Shown here piece by piece: positions 22,807 to 37,476 of a stretch of 64,000 bases of DNA. Every line of letters starts with the position of its first letter. Position 1 is the stretch's first letter. A program made the position numbers and the translations under genes. The stretch lies in the NCBI RefSeq assembly GCF_018350175.1, contig NC_058383.1, positions 28,398,001 to 28,462,000 of the forward strand. Reading direction: 5' to 3'. The DNA comes from Felis catus (Eukaryota). The notes beneath the pieces are model-generated. The model was not told where the DNA came from and searched no databases. It saw nothing but the letters and a program-made list of their open reading frames with translations.

Positions 22807-23555
22807 AGGGGTGCTTGGGTGGCTCAGTCGGTTGAGCATCTGACTTCAGCTCAGGTCATGATCTCGCGGTTTGTGAGTTTGAGTTCCACATCTGGCTCTC
22901 AGCTGTCAGCATAGAGCCTGCTTCAGATGGTTTGTCCCTTTCTCTCTACCTCTCCCCAACTTGTGCTCGCTCTCTTTCTCTCTCAAAAATAAACATTTAA
23001 AAAAGAAAGTGAAAGGCCCCTCACACTTAAACTCATTAAGTGCATATTTCTCCTTTTTTTTTGCCTGTATTATTCTAAATATTTTATTTTTTTCTTTATT
23101 AAATGTTTATTTTGAGAGAGTGAGAGTTGAAGGGGGGAAGGGCAGAGGGAGAGGGAGACAGAGGATCTGAATGAAGCAGGCTCTGTGCTGACAGGAGAGA
23201 GAGAGAGAGAGCCAAATGTGCCACTTGAACCCACGAACTGTAAGATCATGACCTGAGCTGAAGTTGAACGTTTAACCAACTGAGCCACCCAGGTGCCTTG
23301 TATTCTAAATACTTTAAAATAAAAATGGGGGGGCGCCTGGGTGGCGCAGTCGGTTAAGCGTCCGACTTCAGCCAGGTCACGATCTCGCGGTCCGTGAGTT
23401 CGAGCCCCACGTCAGGCTCTGGGCTGATGGTTCAGAGCCTGGAGCCTGTTTCCAATTCTGTGTCTCCCTCTCTCTCTGCCCCTCCCCCGTTCATGCTCTG
23501 TCTCTCTCTGTCCCAAAAAAAAAATAAATAAACGTTGAAAAAAAAATTTTTTTTA
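22807..23555. mobile_element. Three alternating Can-SINEs: 22807-23005(+), 23080-23298(-), 23329-23555(+, young)
   Basis: Direct reading of heads and tails. Confidence 0.9.
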
Positions 23556-23609
23556 AATAAAAATGGGGTATTATACCTACTGTTTACACTCCTTTATTTC
23601 ATTTTTTTT

Positions 23610-24180
23610 AAAAGCTTTACTGAGATATAATTCACGTGCCATGTAATTCACTCATTTAAATGGTACAATTGAATGGCTTTGAGCATATTCACAAAGCTGT
23701 ACGTCCGAAGCTACAATAAATTCCAGAACATTGCCATTACCCCTAAAGAAGCCCTGTCCCCCTTAGCTGTCACTCTCCCAGGCCCTGGCAACCACCAATC
23801 TGCTTGAATATCTGTGGATCTGCCTGTTGTGGACTTTTCATATAAAGGGCATCCTACAGTCTGTGACACCTTGCAACTGGATTGTTTGACTTGGCGTAAT
23901 TTTTTTGAGATTCTTCCGTGGTGCGGCGTCGATCAGTACTTCTGTCCTTTTTCAGGCTGAATAATATTCCACTGCATGGATAGACCGCATTTTATTTATC
24001 CGTTCTATCTGTCCACGGACACCTTGGTTCCTTCCCCGTGTTAGCCATCGTGAGGAATGCTTCTGTGAACATTCGCTACGAGGTTTTGTGCGGACGTCTG
24101 TCTTCTTTCCTCTCGGGTTTACACTTGGGAATGGAATTGTTGGATCCTATGGTATCGCTGGGCTTAACTATTTGAAGAAC
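23610..24180 (-). mobile_element. L1MB-like 3'-end fragment
   Basis: gctttactgagatataattcac...ggctgaataatattccactgcatggatagacc. Confidence 0.8.
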
Positions 24181-24372
24181 GCCTCTCTTTTATTTTTATA
24201 GTAAACAGTAAGACGTGGACCTCTTGGGATGTCCACGCACGTAGACCTCATTCTTGCTTCGAGACCCCTGGATAGTAGTATCTTGTCGCATGAAAATAAC
24301 GTGGTTTGTGGATCCGGTGCCATGATGGCTGACAATAGGCAATGATGCAGACCCTCTCGTGAGGGACTTTGA

Positions 24373-25071
<699 letters not shown>

Positions 25072-25314
25072 TGAAATGGGAATACCCCCCCCCACATGTG
25101 AAGGAAGTGCAGAGATGGCACGTGACCCCACATGCGACGTGCCAAGGGACATCTTGGAGGTGACGAGGTGCGTGAAACCTCTTGGGAAGGCTGGACCCCC
25201 TGGGCAGCCAGGCAGGAGGCGACCTGGGGGTCTGGCTAGGTTCTGCGGAGGCCTTCCCTGGCCCAAATGGGAATACCTAGATTGGACCCGGGACTCCTCT
25301 GGGTCGGCCGTGCA

Positions 25315-25512
25315 GACCAGAGCTGCCCTGTCCACTGTGGTAGCCACCGGCCACCTGCGGCTAACTAAATTTAGATGCAAGTTCCTTAGAAGTCGGAATG
25401 CATCTCTTTGGTGGCACCGGCCAATATCCAGTGCTCGACCGCCACCTGAGGCCGGTGGCTGCTGCATTGCATAGCACACTTCTGTTCCCGCAGGAAGTCC
25501 TGTGGGGCAGCC
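25315..25512. mobile_element. MER3/MER33-like DNA transposon
   Basis: ctgtccactgtggtagccaccggccacctgcggcta...ccagtgctc...gtggctgctgcattg. Confidence 0.65.
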
Positions 25513-27759
25513 TGGGATAGATGATGGGGGACGATGTGACTCGGGGTACGCACATTCCTTGTGGGTTTGGACCCACTCTCCGGAACCAAAGGGACCTCGG
25601 TGGCCCCCTGGTGTTCAACTGCTGGGCAGAGGGCCCTCCGGGTTAGACTCGGTCTCTTTGCCTCTCGGAAAGGGCACGCCGATCCCTTGGGTGAGTTACC
25701 TCATTTCTCTGGCATTTCGTTGCCTTCTCTATGAAATGAACGCAACAAGAGTACTGTCCTCACGGAGTGGGTTACGCCGAAAAGAATGCACTTGTCACGC
25801 GTCTGGGCACATTGTCAGCGCTCACAACTCTCGGTGTTACTGCTGGTTATGCCGTTGTTAGGGTCTTGTTTCTTGGATCATTTGCAAATTGGCAAAGACA
25901 GTCACTTCATCATTGTGCCCTCCGACCCCGTCCCTTACATGTTGCCGCGTGAAAATTACCAAAGCAAAGCAAACCAAAAAAACCCCTTGTCGTCTCTAAA
26001 AATGCTCGGCAGACTTTTTTTCCTAATTAGGAAATTAAGTCACGTTCATCGCAGGAGATTCGGAAAGTTCTGAAAAGCACAGCCGACACAGAAACCAGTC
26101 CTCGCCCAGAGATCACAAACTGATAAGATGTTGCCATGTTCTCGGTGTTTCTCTGTGACTATGGTACATGTTTACCTATTTACGAGCCTGTGCACATAGG
26201 TTAGTGGCTCGCTCTTTCTTCTGCATGAGTCAAGGCCGAGCATTCCCACATTTCCATTATAACCCCCCAAAATACCCTCTTAGGGGCTATGTAATCTCTA
26301 GGGTAACCCATGTCGTGTAACTTGACACGTCTTAGCTCATTTAACCAGCAGACCATCCGCTGAAAAGTATGCTTGTCCCATTTTACACATGAGCAAGCTG
26401 AGGCTCAGAGAGCTAAAGCCTGTCCTTAACTGCCCTGAGCGGGGAAAGTACCTTTAGTCCAAGCTGTTCCTTGTACGGCAATACTCATCAACCTGGAGCT
26501 GTCAGCACAGGACGGACGTTTCTAAGGAGGCCAGCCTGCAGGGAGCTGGGGTAAAGTGAGAGTTCTCCCAGGTCTCCCACCGAAGATGTGTTCTCTCCCG
26601 GGGGGAGGTCAAGGACGGGCCTGTGTGTAAATCTCCCCTCCTGTCCTCTGACCCAGCGTTTGAGCCCAAAATAGAAACCAGGAAGAAATGAAGGCCTCCT
26701 GAAGGTCCCAAGACCCAGAATATCTAATCTGACAAACAGATGGAAGCTTTGATTCATTTTTTTTTTTTTTAAATTGCTGCTATGCTTCCCTGCACAGATT
26801 AGACGCAAAGCCTCCCGGCCTTGTGACCACGTGCCTACTCCTGTCTCCTTCCTTTCTGCTCAATTTAATCACTTAAATTGAACCGGTTGTCCGTGATGGA
26901 GGAGATCAAGAAGGAAGCGGGGGAGGGGAGGCACAGCCAGTTAGTCTCCCAGCACCTGACAGCGGGAGGTACAGCCCTTGAGAGCAGGTGGGTGTTGGCA
27001 GGTGATGCTGGAGCATCCGGTGTGTGTGTGTGTGTGTGTGTGTCCGTCCGTCCGTCCATCCATCCGTCCGTCTGTCCAGCTTTGCCCTTGGTAATGAAGA
27101 GAACTTTCCCCTCCGTTCTGCAAAGTACACCTCAAATCAAGACTATTGTCCTCTTGGTTCTAGAAGAGTCCATAGAAGCCACTGGGTCCTATTTCATGAG
27201 CCTTTTGATGCGGGTTCTTGCCATCTTTGTGCAGGTTCTGATCCTGGCACACAGCGGCCGGGGGGGGTGGGGCGCTGGTGATTCTGAGTCCTCGCCCACC
27301 CTCACCTGCCCTTCTGGGCGCTGGGTTCCCTCTGCCCGGAGCTTAGCGCGACCACTCAGCAGTTGGCTCTATTTTTAGTATATGGAGGATGAGACCAGGG
27401 TTTCAGGCACAGGAAGATCAGTAAAGTGTGGGCTTTGCCTGTCCTGGGTCCCATCCCAAGTCCTTCCCAGCGTGTTGTGTCCTTGACCCCACTGGTGACA
27501 GCAAAGGTCACCTCCCACTCTGCACATGACCTGTCCGAGGCAGAGACCTGACCTGACTTGCCTGGGAAGGGAGGGACCTGTGTCACACTCGGCTGGCCTG
27601 CCCAGCTGGGGGATGCGTGGGCTCTTGCTTGTTCTGTTTGCATCGCTGTGGGATTCCGGGGGTTACACGGCTCAGCCCATGCCCCGAGCCGCTTGGTAAT
27701 TAAGAGGAGAAAGATTAGACACACTTGAGCTCAAGGAAGATGCAGGAGATAGTTTCTAA

Positions 27760-28295
27760 CACGATGGATGGATTAAGAAAATGTGCTGTATCCGTACAAC
27801 AGACTATGATTCAGCCTTAAGGAAATCCTATCATATGTGGCAACAGGGACGAACCTAGGGGACATTATACTGAGTGAACTAGTCACAGAAGTAGCTGAAC
27901 TAGCTGAACTAGTCACTAGCTGAAGTAGCTGAACTAGTCACTGAACTAGCCAGTCACAGAAGGACGAACAATCAGGATGTCACTTACCTGAGGCATCGAA
28001 GATAGTCACGCTCAGAATCACTGCAGAAGGGGGGTTGTCAGAGGTGGGGTGTGTTGGGGGGTGCGGCTAAAGAAACCGGTGGGGGTGGGGGCCTGGGTGT
28101 CTCAGTCGGTTAAGTGTCTTGATCTTAGTTTGGGTCATGATCCCAGGGTCCTGGGATCGACCCCCACATTGGGCTCTGCCCTGACAGCGTAGAGCCTGCT
28201 TGGGATTCTCTCTCTTCTTCTCTGTCTGCCCTTCACTCAATCTCTCTCCCTCTCTCTAAAAATAAATGAATACATTTAAAAAATTAAAAAAAAGA
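27760..28295 (+). mobile_element. L1M 3' fragment (27760-28050) followed by Can-SINE (28086-28295)
   Basis: atggatggattaagaaaatgtg...gacattatactgagtgaa...ccagtcacagaaggac. Confidence 0.78.
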
Positions 28296-29809
28296 AAGAA
28301 ACTGGGTTTTAGAAAAGTTAAATAACTTGATAAGAAACAGCTGGGTCTTGAAGCCGGGAAGGCTGGCCCTGGGAGCAGTGCTTCTAACTGCTACTCATTT
28401 ATTCCTTCCAATGATCCTGGGAGACAGAGGCTCTTACCGCATTTCAGAGACCAAGATACTGAGGCTCAGGCGTGCTTGGTCCTGTTGCTGGGATTCAGGC
28501 AAGGTCTGGCTGCCTCCAGGGCCAGAGTGACGACCCCTGGATGGTAAGGGGCTGTAGGATATCTGGAGGCTTGAACAGGAGGTGATGGCTGTGGGCTGGG
28601 GCATGTGGGGATGATGCCACGGGCACCATTAACTTTGAGCTCGACAAGCTTTACATGCACAGAAGGAAGAAGTCTAACTTTTCACTTAGGATTTCTTGAG
28701 CACCTACTAGGTTGTAAGCCTTTGGCCCAGAGTGAGTAATTTTTTAGAAATGGAGGAGTTAATTTGATACATCTCTCCCCCTTCCTCTCCAACTGCCACC
28801 CCCCCATACACAAAAAAAAGAAAAAGAAAATCTCAGTTGCTGGCATTGCTTTAAAAAGCAGCCCCTGGGCCATCCTGTTAGGTGGGCTGTGGGCCTTGTT
28901 TTTGCATAGGCCTCACTGCTCCCTGTTGTCTCCCAGACCCTGAGGCTGAGAATTGTTGGTCGTTCATCACCTACCTATTGTTCTCCTCCTACCTGGCTTA
29001 CTTTAGTCCCGTCTGACGTGCTTGGTCCCTGTAAACAGTAGGACTTTCCACCCCTGTTTCAAGCCCCTGGGGTTAGGAACCTGATCCAGATCGAAGGTGG
29101 ATGGCCTCTCCTATTGATTGGGTTTCCAAGCCCAAATTCCTGACTTGTGAACCCCAAAGGATATTTTCCTCGTTCTTACGTCGCTGTTCGAGGAAGACCA
29201 GGGGGTAAGGAAAGGCCTTCCTTCCAAAGGCAAGCAGGGGATGATGTGTTCTTTTTGGACACTTGGCTCAGTGACCTGAAGGGGTACCCACCCAGGGATG
29301 CTGAGAACAGATGATGAGCAGCGGCCTCTTGAGTGCCAGAGAGTCCTGGAGGGTGGGAAAAAAATACATGACTGCACCGAGTCTTAGAAGGTAGAAAGAA
29401 GACACAGCTGGAGCCTACCCTCTGCTGAGCCCTGTGAGCTCACTATTCAGATCTTTCGAATTGACATGGCCTCAAACCTTTCTAGTAACGTGAGGCCATC
29501 CATGCAAAGACCTCAAGAGAATATTTAAAAATAAGAAGCATACATGACGTCTTGTGGCTTTTTCTTGTGTTTGTTTGTAACTATCTAGTTGAATTTAAAA
29601 CACTGATTTGAATAGGTAACACATACAGATAGGAAATAGTATATCAGCGTATCGGGAATTTTGCCTCACCCCCATTCCTTCTGATTCCCTTCTGCAGAGG
29701 AACTGCTCTGGTGTTTCTGTCATAGGCTTCCAGAAATACTTTATACATATACAGGCAGATGCATGTATATTTGTTTTGGTGTACATTCATGTATATGTAC
29801 AAACACACT

Positions 29810-30012
29810 CTTTTTTAATGTTTGCTCATTTATTTAGAGCGAGAGAGCGTGAGTGGGGGAAAGGCAGAGAGAGGAAGGGCGAGAACCCCAAGCAGGCTCT
29901 GCACTCTGAGTGCAGAGCCCAAAGCGGGGCTCGATCCCACGAACCCTGAGATCACGACCTGAGCCGAGATCAAGAGTCAGACGCTTAACCGACCGAGCCG
30001 CCCAGGTGCCCC
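29810..30012 (-). mobile_element. Can-SINE
   Basis: Full element. Confidence 0.9.
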
Positions 30013-31184
30013 TAAATAAACTCTTTTTAATGGCAGCATGCCATAATTAAGAAGCTAGCCCCCTGATGATGGATATTTAGGTAGTTTTTAGTCTCTCTTC
30101 CCATTCAAATCAAGGCTGCAGGAAATTGCATTCCTGGTGGACCGTGTCTGTCTTTAAGGACAGATGTTGCCATGACACTGTGTGACAACCTGGCAAAGAA
30201 GGTACGGGTCTCCATCTTTTTATAGACGGAGAAGAAGATGGGGAAGAAGAGACTCAGGGGTCCGGCCACTCCCATGAGTCACACAGGTGATGAATGAGGG
30301 CAGAGCTGAGGTTCTCCCCTGGCCCGTGCGGCTCAAAGCCTGTGTTCTTTCCACTTTCCTCCGTTGGTGCTTGTTCCTGCCGCAGGCTGTGGGAGCAGAC
30401 TCCTGCTCAGAGCTCTGTGGCTGACCATATAAAGTGTCAGGGAAAAACTGGAGTCACTGCCTAATACGGTCACAAGAGGGAAACCCTGGGCCTGTGGCTG
30501 GGACCTGCTGGTGGCATGGGGCCCTGAAATGCTGGCCGGGACACAGGAGGCGGGGCTATTGAAACCTCTGAACTTGACCAGCTGGAGAGGACCTTGGGGA
30601 CAGTGAGGAGGCAGAAACACCGCCACCAGCCGGTGAGCCGGGCGGGTCTGGTGAAGGCAACGGAGGTTGAACACTGTCGATCAAACCTCCAGATTCTGCA
30701 GCCCGACCACCCTGCCGGGGGCATGCCTGCTCAGCCCTTCCCCTCGGGTCGTCGTGCCCTGGAAAGATTTGCTGCGCCGAACAGAGGTTCAGATCTGCCT
30801 GGAAGCTCGGGTTAAGTGCTTGCTGGGTGCTTAGCACCAGGAGGTGTCCCAGGCAAACAGGGGGGAAGGGACAGTTCTTCAGAAGCTGGTGATGGATTTG
30901 GGAGAGCTACACATTCTTTCTTTTATTCATTGCCTTCAGCAACTATTGACTGGGGTCTGCCTTGTATACGGCCCTACGCTGGGTGCTGGAGAAACTGTGA
31001 TGTGCAGCTTGCGGTCCAGAAGGTGACATTTAGGATGAGCCCTGGAAGAGGAGACGGAAATGGCTCTGGGAAGATTGAGGGGGGTGGGAAACATACTCGA
31101 GGTACAGAAGCAGCACCTGTGAAGCTTCCAGGCTGACAAGGGTTTTGTCATCATGAAACCAAGGCAGCATGGTATGGTCACTAA

Positions 31185-31410
31185 TGTTTATTGAGCCCCT
31201 GCTGTATACCAGGCACTCTGTTAAATGCTTCACGAGCACTCTCTCACAGCAAGCCTTTGAAGGATCTGTTACATACCGTCATCTTGTAGTTGAGGTTGGT
31301 AGGCTCAGAGAGGTTAAGAGACTTTCCCGGGGTCACACAGCCAGAAAGTAGCAAAATGAGGTTTCAAACCAAGTCCTCGGTACTCAATTCTGTATCCTTA
31401 GCCATTGACC
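31185..31410 (-). mobile_element. MIR
   Basis: tttattgagcccctgctgtataccaggcact...aggctcagagaggttaagagacttt. Confidence 0.75.
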
Positions 31411-32219
31411 TTTACTGCCTCCAGCTCAAGGGCTTGGTGAGGGTGTGGTTTGGCCTATGAATGAGCATTGTGGTTGGCAGTGGGCACAGCCCAGAAGGAT
31501 CTGGAGGTGGCATTCAGACCTGAAAGAGAGGTAGGACTTGGCTGACATCCGTTCAAACAAGTGATAGTTGACTGGGCACTTAGTTTATGGGAGGCTTCGC
31601 CCTGGGGACCAGGACACAGATGAGTGGGGGACACAGAGCCCCTGTTGTGGAACAACTGTGCCACCAGCTCAGCAAACATCTCCCGAGCACCTACTGTGTC
31701 CCAGCCCAGTGCAAAGCCCCGGGTCACAGAGATGAAGACATAGGGGGTCCCTGCTCCGGGGCAGATTTGTAATCAGCTTACCCCTCGGTCATTTATTGAG
31801 CAAGCATTTAGTGAGCACCTACTGTATGCCAAGGCCAACGCCTGAACTGAAGCAGAGGAAGAGGGTGGTCCCGCCCTCAGGGCACTTGCTCTGGTGGGAG
31901 GGGCCTGGAAGATCAGATCAGGGAGCGGTGGACTCATCCGTCTCTGTGTGGTCTGGCCCCTGCCCGCCTCTGCAGGAGCCTCACCCCTCACCCTGGCTTG
32001 TCCCCTCCTCGATGCTCCAGAAATACCGCACTGCTTGCAGGCTGCATGCACACACTCGCCCTGCTGCCTTCTGTGCCTTTGCTACCTCCTGAGCAGGATA
32101 AGCCCTTCTTGTCTGTTGAGACCTCCTCATTGGAGGTTTCTCTGACCGCCCCCAGGGTGGGTTAGGGCCCTGACTTCCTTGCTTCCCTAATCCCCTGGGC
32201 TCCATCCTGGTTCCTTGGA

Positions 32220-32640
32220 TGTTATTGTTCAATGTCCTTGTCCCTGCTCTGATCTGTGGGTTCTTCTGATTTATCTGTCTCCAGCATGGTGGAGACCTGT
32301 CTAGCACAGACCTGTACACAGTAGGTGCTCAATAAATGGCTGATGGATGTTTCGACAGGCCTATGCGACCTCACGCCTGCCTTTTTAGGGGATTGGTGAG
32401 AACCCGAGAGATTATTCCCTCCTTCCCCCACCAGTCCTGTACCTTTTGAAGATTACTGTCCACCTCAACACCATTGTCCCTTAGCAGACTGAGCGCTGGA
32501 GAGACCCTCCAATCGGCTGTAGCCAGGGCTGCAGACTCTTTGAGGGCAGGACCTTGTGTTCTTTGCCTTCTTTAACCCCAGAGCCTTGCACGGTGTCTAG
32601 GACGTGCACACTGAATGAACAAGCAAGTGAATGAACGAAC
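32220..32640 (+). mobile_element. L2 3'-end relics
   Basis: cagtaggtgctcaataaatggctgatgg; gactctttgagggcaggacc...tgaatgaac. Confidence 0.6.
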
Positions 32641-33129
32641 GATGTGTTGTTTCTCTTTCTATAGGATGGGCAGGGGTCGGGTAGCCTCACGGGCGGCGCT
32701 CAGGCCTGGGAGTTGGCCAAGCTGGGCTTAGTGCTGTCAGGGTCTCCCTCTGTGTCTTTGGTCAAGTTGCTTAACCTCTCTGGTGTTGGCTTTGCCCTGA
32801 GGGTCGCCCAGAGGTGGACCATTGGCTGTTCCTTGAGTCCCTTCTAGGGGGAATTGGAGGGAGGACGGGCTTGGGGGCTGTTGGAGCCCCAGGCGGCCCT
32901 GATGGTATCGTTCGGGAAAGGCAGTTCCTGTGGGGCGGGTCGGAACCTGTGCCCTGAGCTGTGACCTCAGCCCAGGGGGCAATCTGATGTCCGGTAAGGA
33001 ACAGCCATAGCGGTGATAGTTACTCCCGTGTGCGCGCGTGGTGGGGCTTGCGGGGTGCCTCCACCCCCTTTCCCTGTTCTGATTATTTCCAGATGCTCCT
33101 GTGCCCTTGGTAGGGCAGGACGACGATTT

Positions 33130-33700
33130 TGTTTTAATTGTGGTAAAACCCATATAACATACAATTCACCACCGGATCCACTTTCAAGGGTACAATTCAG
33201 TGGCCTTCAGCACATTCGCTGTGTTGTGCAGTTATCACCCCTGTCTCGTTTTGGAACGTTTTTATAACCCCATACCTATGAGCAGTCACCGCCCTCCCCC
33301 CCCCCCCCCGGCCTGCCCCCCGCCCTTCCCAGTCCTTGGAAACCAGGGATCTGTTTCTGTCTCTATGGATTTGCCTGTCCTGGCCATTTCATATAAATGG
33401 AATCATACGCTATGTGACCTTTGTGTCTTTCATAGTGAGCATACCATTTTCAGGATCCACCCATGTCGTACCTTGTGTCAGTACCAATCTTTATATATAT
33501 ATAAAATTTTTTTAAGTTTATTTATTTTGAGGGGTGGGGGAAGAGAGAGAGAGAGAGAGAGGCAGAGAGAGAGAGAGAGGGGGCAGTGCGGAATCTGCCA
33601 TGGGTCTCGAACCCACAAACCTGTGAGATCATGACCTGGCCCGAAACCAAGAGTCAGATGTTTGACCCACTGAGCCACCCAGGTGCCCCAGTACCAATGC
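33130..33700 (-). mobile_element. L1MB 3' end with inserted Can-SINE (33505-33689)
   Basis: ttaattgtggtaaaa...ctctatggatttgcctgtcctggccatttcatataaatggaatc; TSD cagtaccaat. Confidence 0.8.
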
Positions 33701-34241
33701 TTTTTAAGGACAGCTGTGTTTGTCCCTGTTTTGTTTTGTTTTGTTTTGTTTTTCTATAGATGAGGGAGTACCTTGTTAACTGTGCAGAGCATGAGATCTG
33801 GGGAGGAGGCGTCGTGGTCTCTAGGTGCAAATTTCTGGCCGGCTCTGTGTGTGTGACCACCTCCCCAACCCTGTTTCTTCATCTGCCGTATGGGTGGCAG
33901 GGAAATCACCATGCGACTGTCACAGGGTAGATGGGAGGCTAAATAGAGAGATGCCCGTGAAGGGCTTAGAGCTCAGTGTATACAGTATACAGTAGGTGCC
34001 CAACAGTTGGTGGCTGTGGTCCGAGCCCGTGAGTCTCTGGGAGGTCTGAACCTGGACGATTGGAAAGCACGCAGGTATAAAACAGAACGTGGGTGGTCCA
34101 GAAAGCCAGTCTTGCCCCTTGGTCCTCTTCCCCCATCCCTGTCCTTAACAGGGATGCCAAGGGGTTCCCGTGAGGGCTCTACACCTCAGTTTCCCCATCT
34201 CTAAAACGGCAAGACGAGCGCATCCAACAGTTTTGCTGTGA

Positions 34242-34800
<559 letters not shown>

Positions 34801-35389
34801 TGGTGCCCTCACCTCTGAAGGAAGGGGGTGACTGCCAGCCCTGGGGCTGAGCCAGCCTGCCCTGCACTTGGAGCCAGCCGAGGCTGGAGTCCCGGGGGGT
34901 GGTGTGAGAGGTCTGCTCCTCTCCAGCCTCAGTTTCTCCATCTGTAAAAAGGGAGTGATAGGATCCGTCTCGCAGCTTGTGGAGATTCTAATGCAGGCGT
35001 TTCCAGTCTGAAGGCCGTTGTTTATTATCTCCATGTTGATGCCTCATTATTATTACTTACTATTCTTCATGAACTTTTAACTGAGGCGAAATACGCAGAC
35101 AGCAGGGGGTGGCCAGATGTCGTGTCCAGCCTAAAATTGATTTTTGCATAGGTCTGCGGTCCTATAACCACCACTCAGACCAAGATGTGAAAGATTTCCA
35201 GAAAGTTCCCTCATGCCTCGACCTAGTCACTACCTCCTTTATAACCCCCCCCCCCTCCCCGAGGTAACTGTTATTGTGACTTCTGTCACTTTCAGTTTTG
35301 GTTCTTGTTAGACTTCATAAAAATTATGTCCTTATATTCATATTTTTCTCATAAGCTCCCCTTGTCACAATCTAGTTCCGACTGAACAA

Positions 35390-36168
35390 GATTTAGTTAA
35401 GAGCATAGATTCTAGAATAGGGGCGCCTGTGTTTAAATCCTGGCTCTGCCACTCACTAGCTGTGTGACCTTGAGCAAGCTACTTAACCTCTCTGTGCCTC
35501 TGGTTCCTCATCTGCAAAAGCCAATGACAGTAACTGTGACCTATCTCATAGGCTGATGTGAAGATTAAGTGAACTTTTGAACATGCAGGGCTTAGAACAG
35601 AGCCTGGTACTTAGCCGAAGCTCACTAAGTGAAGGAGTGCCTGGGTGGCTCAGATGGTTAAGCACCTGACTCTTGATTTCAGCCCAGGTCATGAGTTCAC
35701 AGTTTATGAGTTTGAGCCCAAGTCGGGTTCCACGCTGCCAGTAGGGAGCCTTCTCGGGATTCTCCTTCTCTCCCTCTCTCTATGCCCCTCGCCTGCTTGT
35801 GCTCTCTAAATAAATTAAAACTAAATAAATAAGTAAATAAATAACTCAATAGCTCAGCATAAACTATTCTCATCATTGTGCATAAAACCGGATGTTAGAC
35901 ATTGCAACTATATACGTTTTTTTTGCATGCACATTGAAAAGAATATATAACTATTAAAATTATTATTATTATTATTATTTTAAATTTTAGAGTGAGAGAG
36001 CATGAGTGGGGGAGAGGGGCAGAGGGAAAAAGAAAGAATCGTAAGCAGTCTCCATGCTCAGCACGGAGCCCGATGTGGGGCTCAATCCCACGACCCTGGG
36101 ATGAAATCCCACGACCTGAGCTGAAATCAACAGTCAGACTTTTAACTGACCGAGCCACCCAGGCGCCC
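35390..36168. mobile_element. MIR (35390-35630 +) and Can-SINEs 35634-35845(+), 35960-36168(-)
   Basis: MIR core gctgtgtgaccttgagcaagctacttaacctctctgtgcctc; SINE heads and tails. Confidence 0.85.
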
Positions 36169-36496
36169 CTGTGACTATTAAAATTAAAATCATAATCTGA
36201 GTGGCATCTAGAATCACTTTGTTGTGCTTCATGGGTCATGGACTGCATCTACTGTGCTTCATGCAGGGCTGGGTATGCCAGAAGCTTGGAAAACAGACAT
36301 TTGCAGTTGTGGGGCCTCTTCTTAGCCTCTATTTGAATAGCACTTTGGGTCAAGGCACAGACCTCCTTTAACATGAACACACACATTCTCTTTTTTTTTT
36401 TTTAAATCTTCACCATCTATGGGATAGAGTCAGTGTTACTACCTACACTTTCCAACAGAGGCAAACGAGTTTCTCAAAGTGCTTGGAAACCCAGGC

Positions 36497-36860
36497 CATG
36501 ACCCAGGAGGGCTTACTCCAGGAATGCAAGGCTGGTTCACTCTTCAAAAATCAGTCAATATGACAGTCTAAAGAAGAAAAACCACACCACCATATCCAGC
36601 GGTGCAGAAAAAAGCATTTGACAAAACTTAGTATCTGTTCACGAGAAAGTATCTCAGCTCCCTCAGGAGGGACTTTCATCAACCTGGTACAAGGAATGTC
36701 CAAAAAATCTATAACATCAGATTTGATAGTGATAGTGACAGGTTGAATCCTTGCCCCCTAAGATGAGTAATAAGGTAAGGGTGTCTCCTCTTACCACGCT
36801 TGTTCAACATCATATGTACTAGAGGTCCTAGCCAGTGTAATAAGGCAAGAAAATGAAACT
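36497..36860 (+). mobile_element. Degenerate L1 ORF2 reverse-transcriptase fragment
   Basis: Translates HDPGGLTPGMQGWF (L1 consensus HDQVGFIPGMQGWF), then AEK/AFDK and GCxLxPxLFNI/LEVLA remnants with frameshifts and deletions. Confidence 0.85.
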
Positions 36861-37274
36861 GGGGCATCTCCAAGTTGTGAACTTTACCTGTTGGACAACC
36901 TTGGTCTTCTTTCAACAAATCCCTTTGCCTCAGCAGGGTCGAGCCCTTGCTTTCCTCCTCGGGTGTTTTGGGGACATCGTAAAAAGAACAGCACCCATCC
37001 CAGTGCCGTTGATCTTTGGGGAGGGGTGAGAGGATTTTTCATCTTATAAATGGATCTGGTCTTGAGATACAGGAGTTCTCCTGTCTCCTTACGCTTGGGA
37101 GAGGGCAGCAGAAAAGGGCTTTGCCAGTCCTAAAGCTGTATATAATTGCTACATGACTATGAGGTGCAAATAGTCCTGAGGTTGTGAATCAGCAGCTAAT
37201 GGGCTGTATCCAGCCTTCAGATAACTTTGGTTTGGTCCACACAGAGTTTTCAGGATACTTGAAGTAGTTGTCAA

Positions 37275-37476
37275 CTTTTTTTTTAATGTTTATTTTATTT
37301 ATTTTATGTTTTTTGAGAGAGAGAGACTTACGAGCAGGGAAGGGGCAGAGAGAGAGGGAGACACAGAACTGGATACAGGCTGCAGGCTCTGAGCTGTCAG
37401 CACAGAGCCCGATGCAGGGCTCGAACTCATGAACCGTGAGATCGTGACCTGAGCTGAAGTCAGACACAACCGACTT
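37275..37476 (-). mobile_element. Can-SINE with truncated or degenerate head
   Basis: Body and tail intact, lacks the ggggcgcc head. Confidence 0.85.

Noticed and set aside
36497..36860. Reverse-transcriptase-like coding sequence as a possible functional gene
   Set aside because: Short, frameshifted, internally deleted L1 ORF2 relic.
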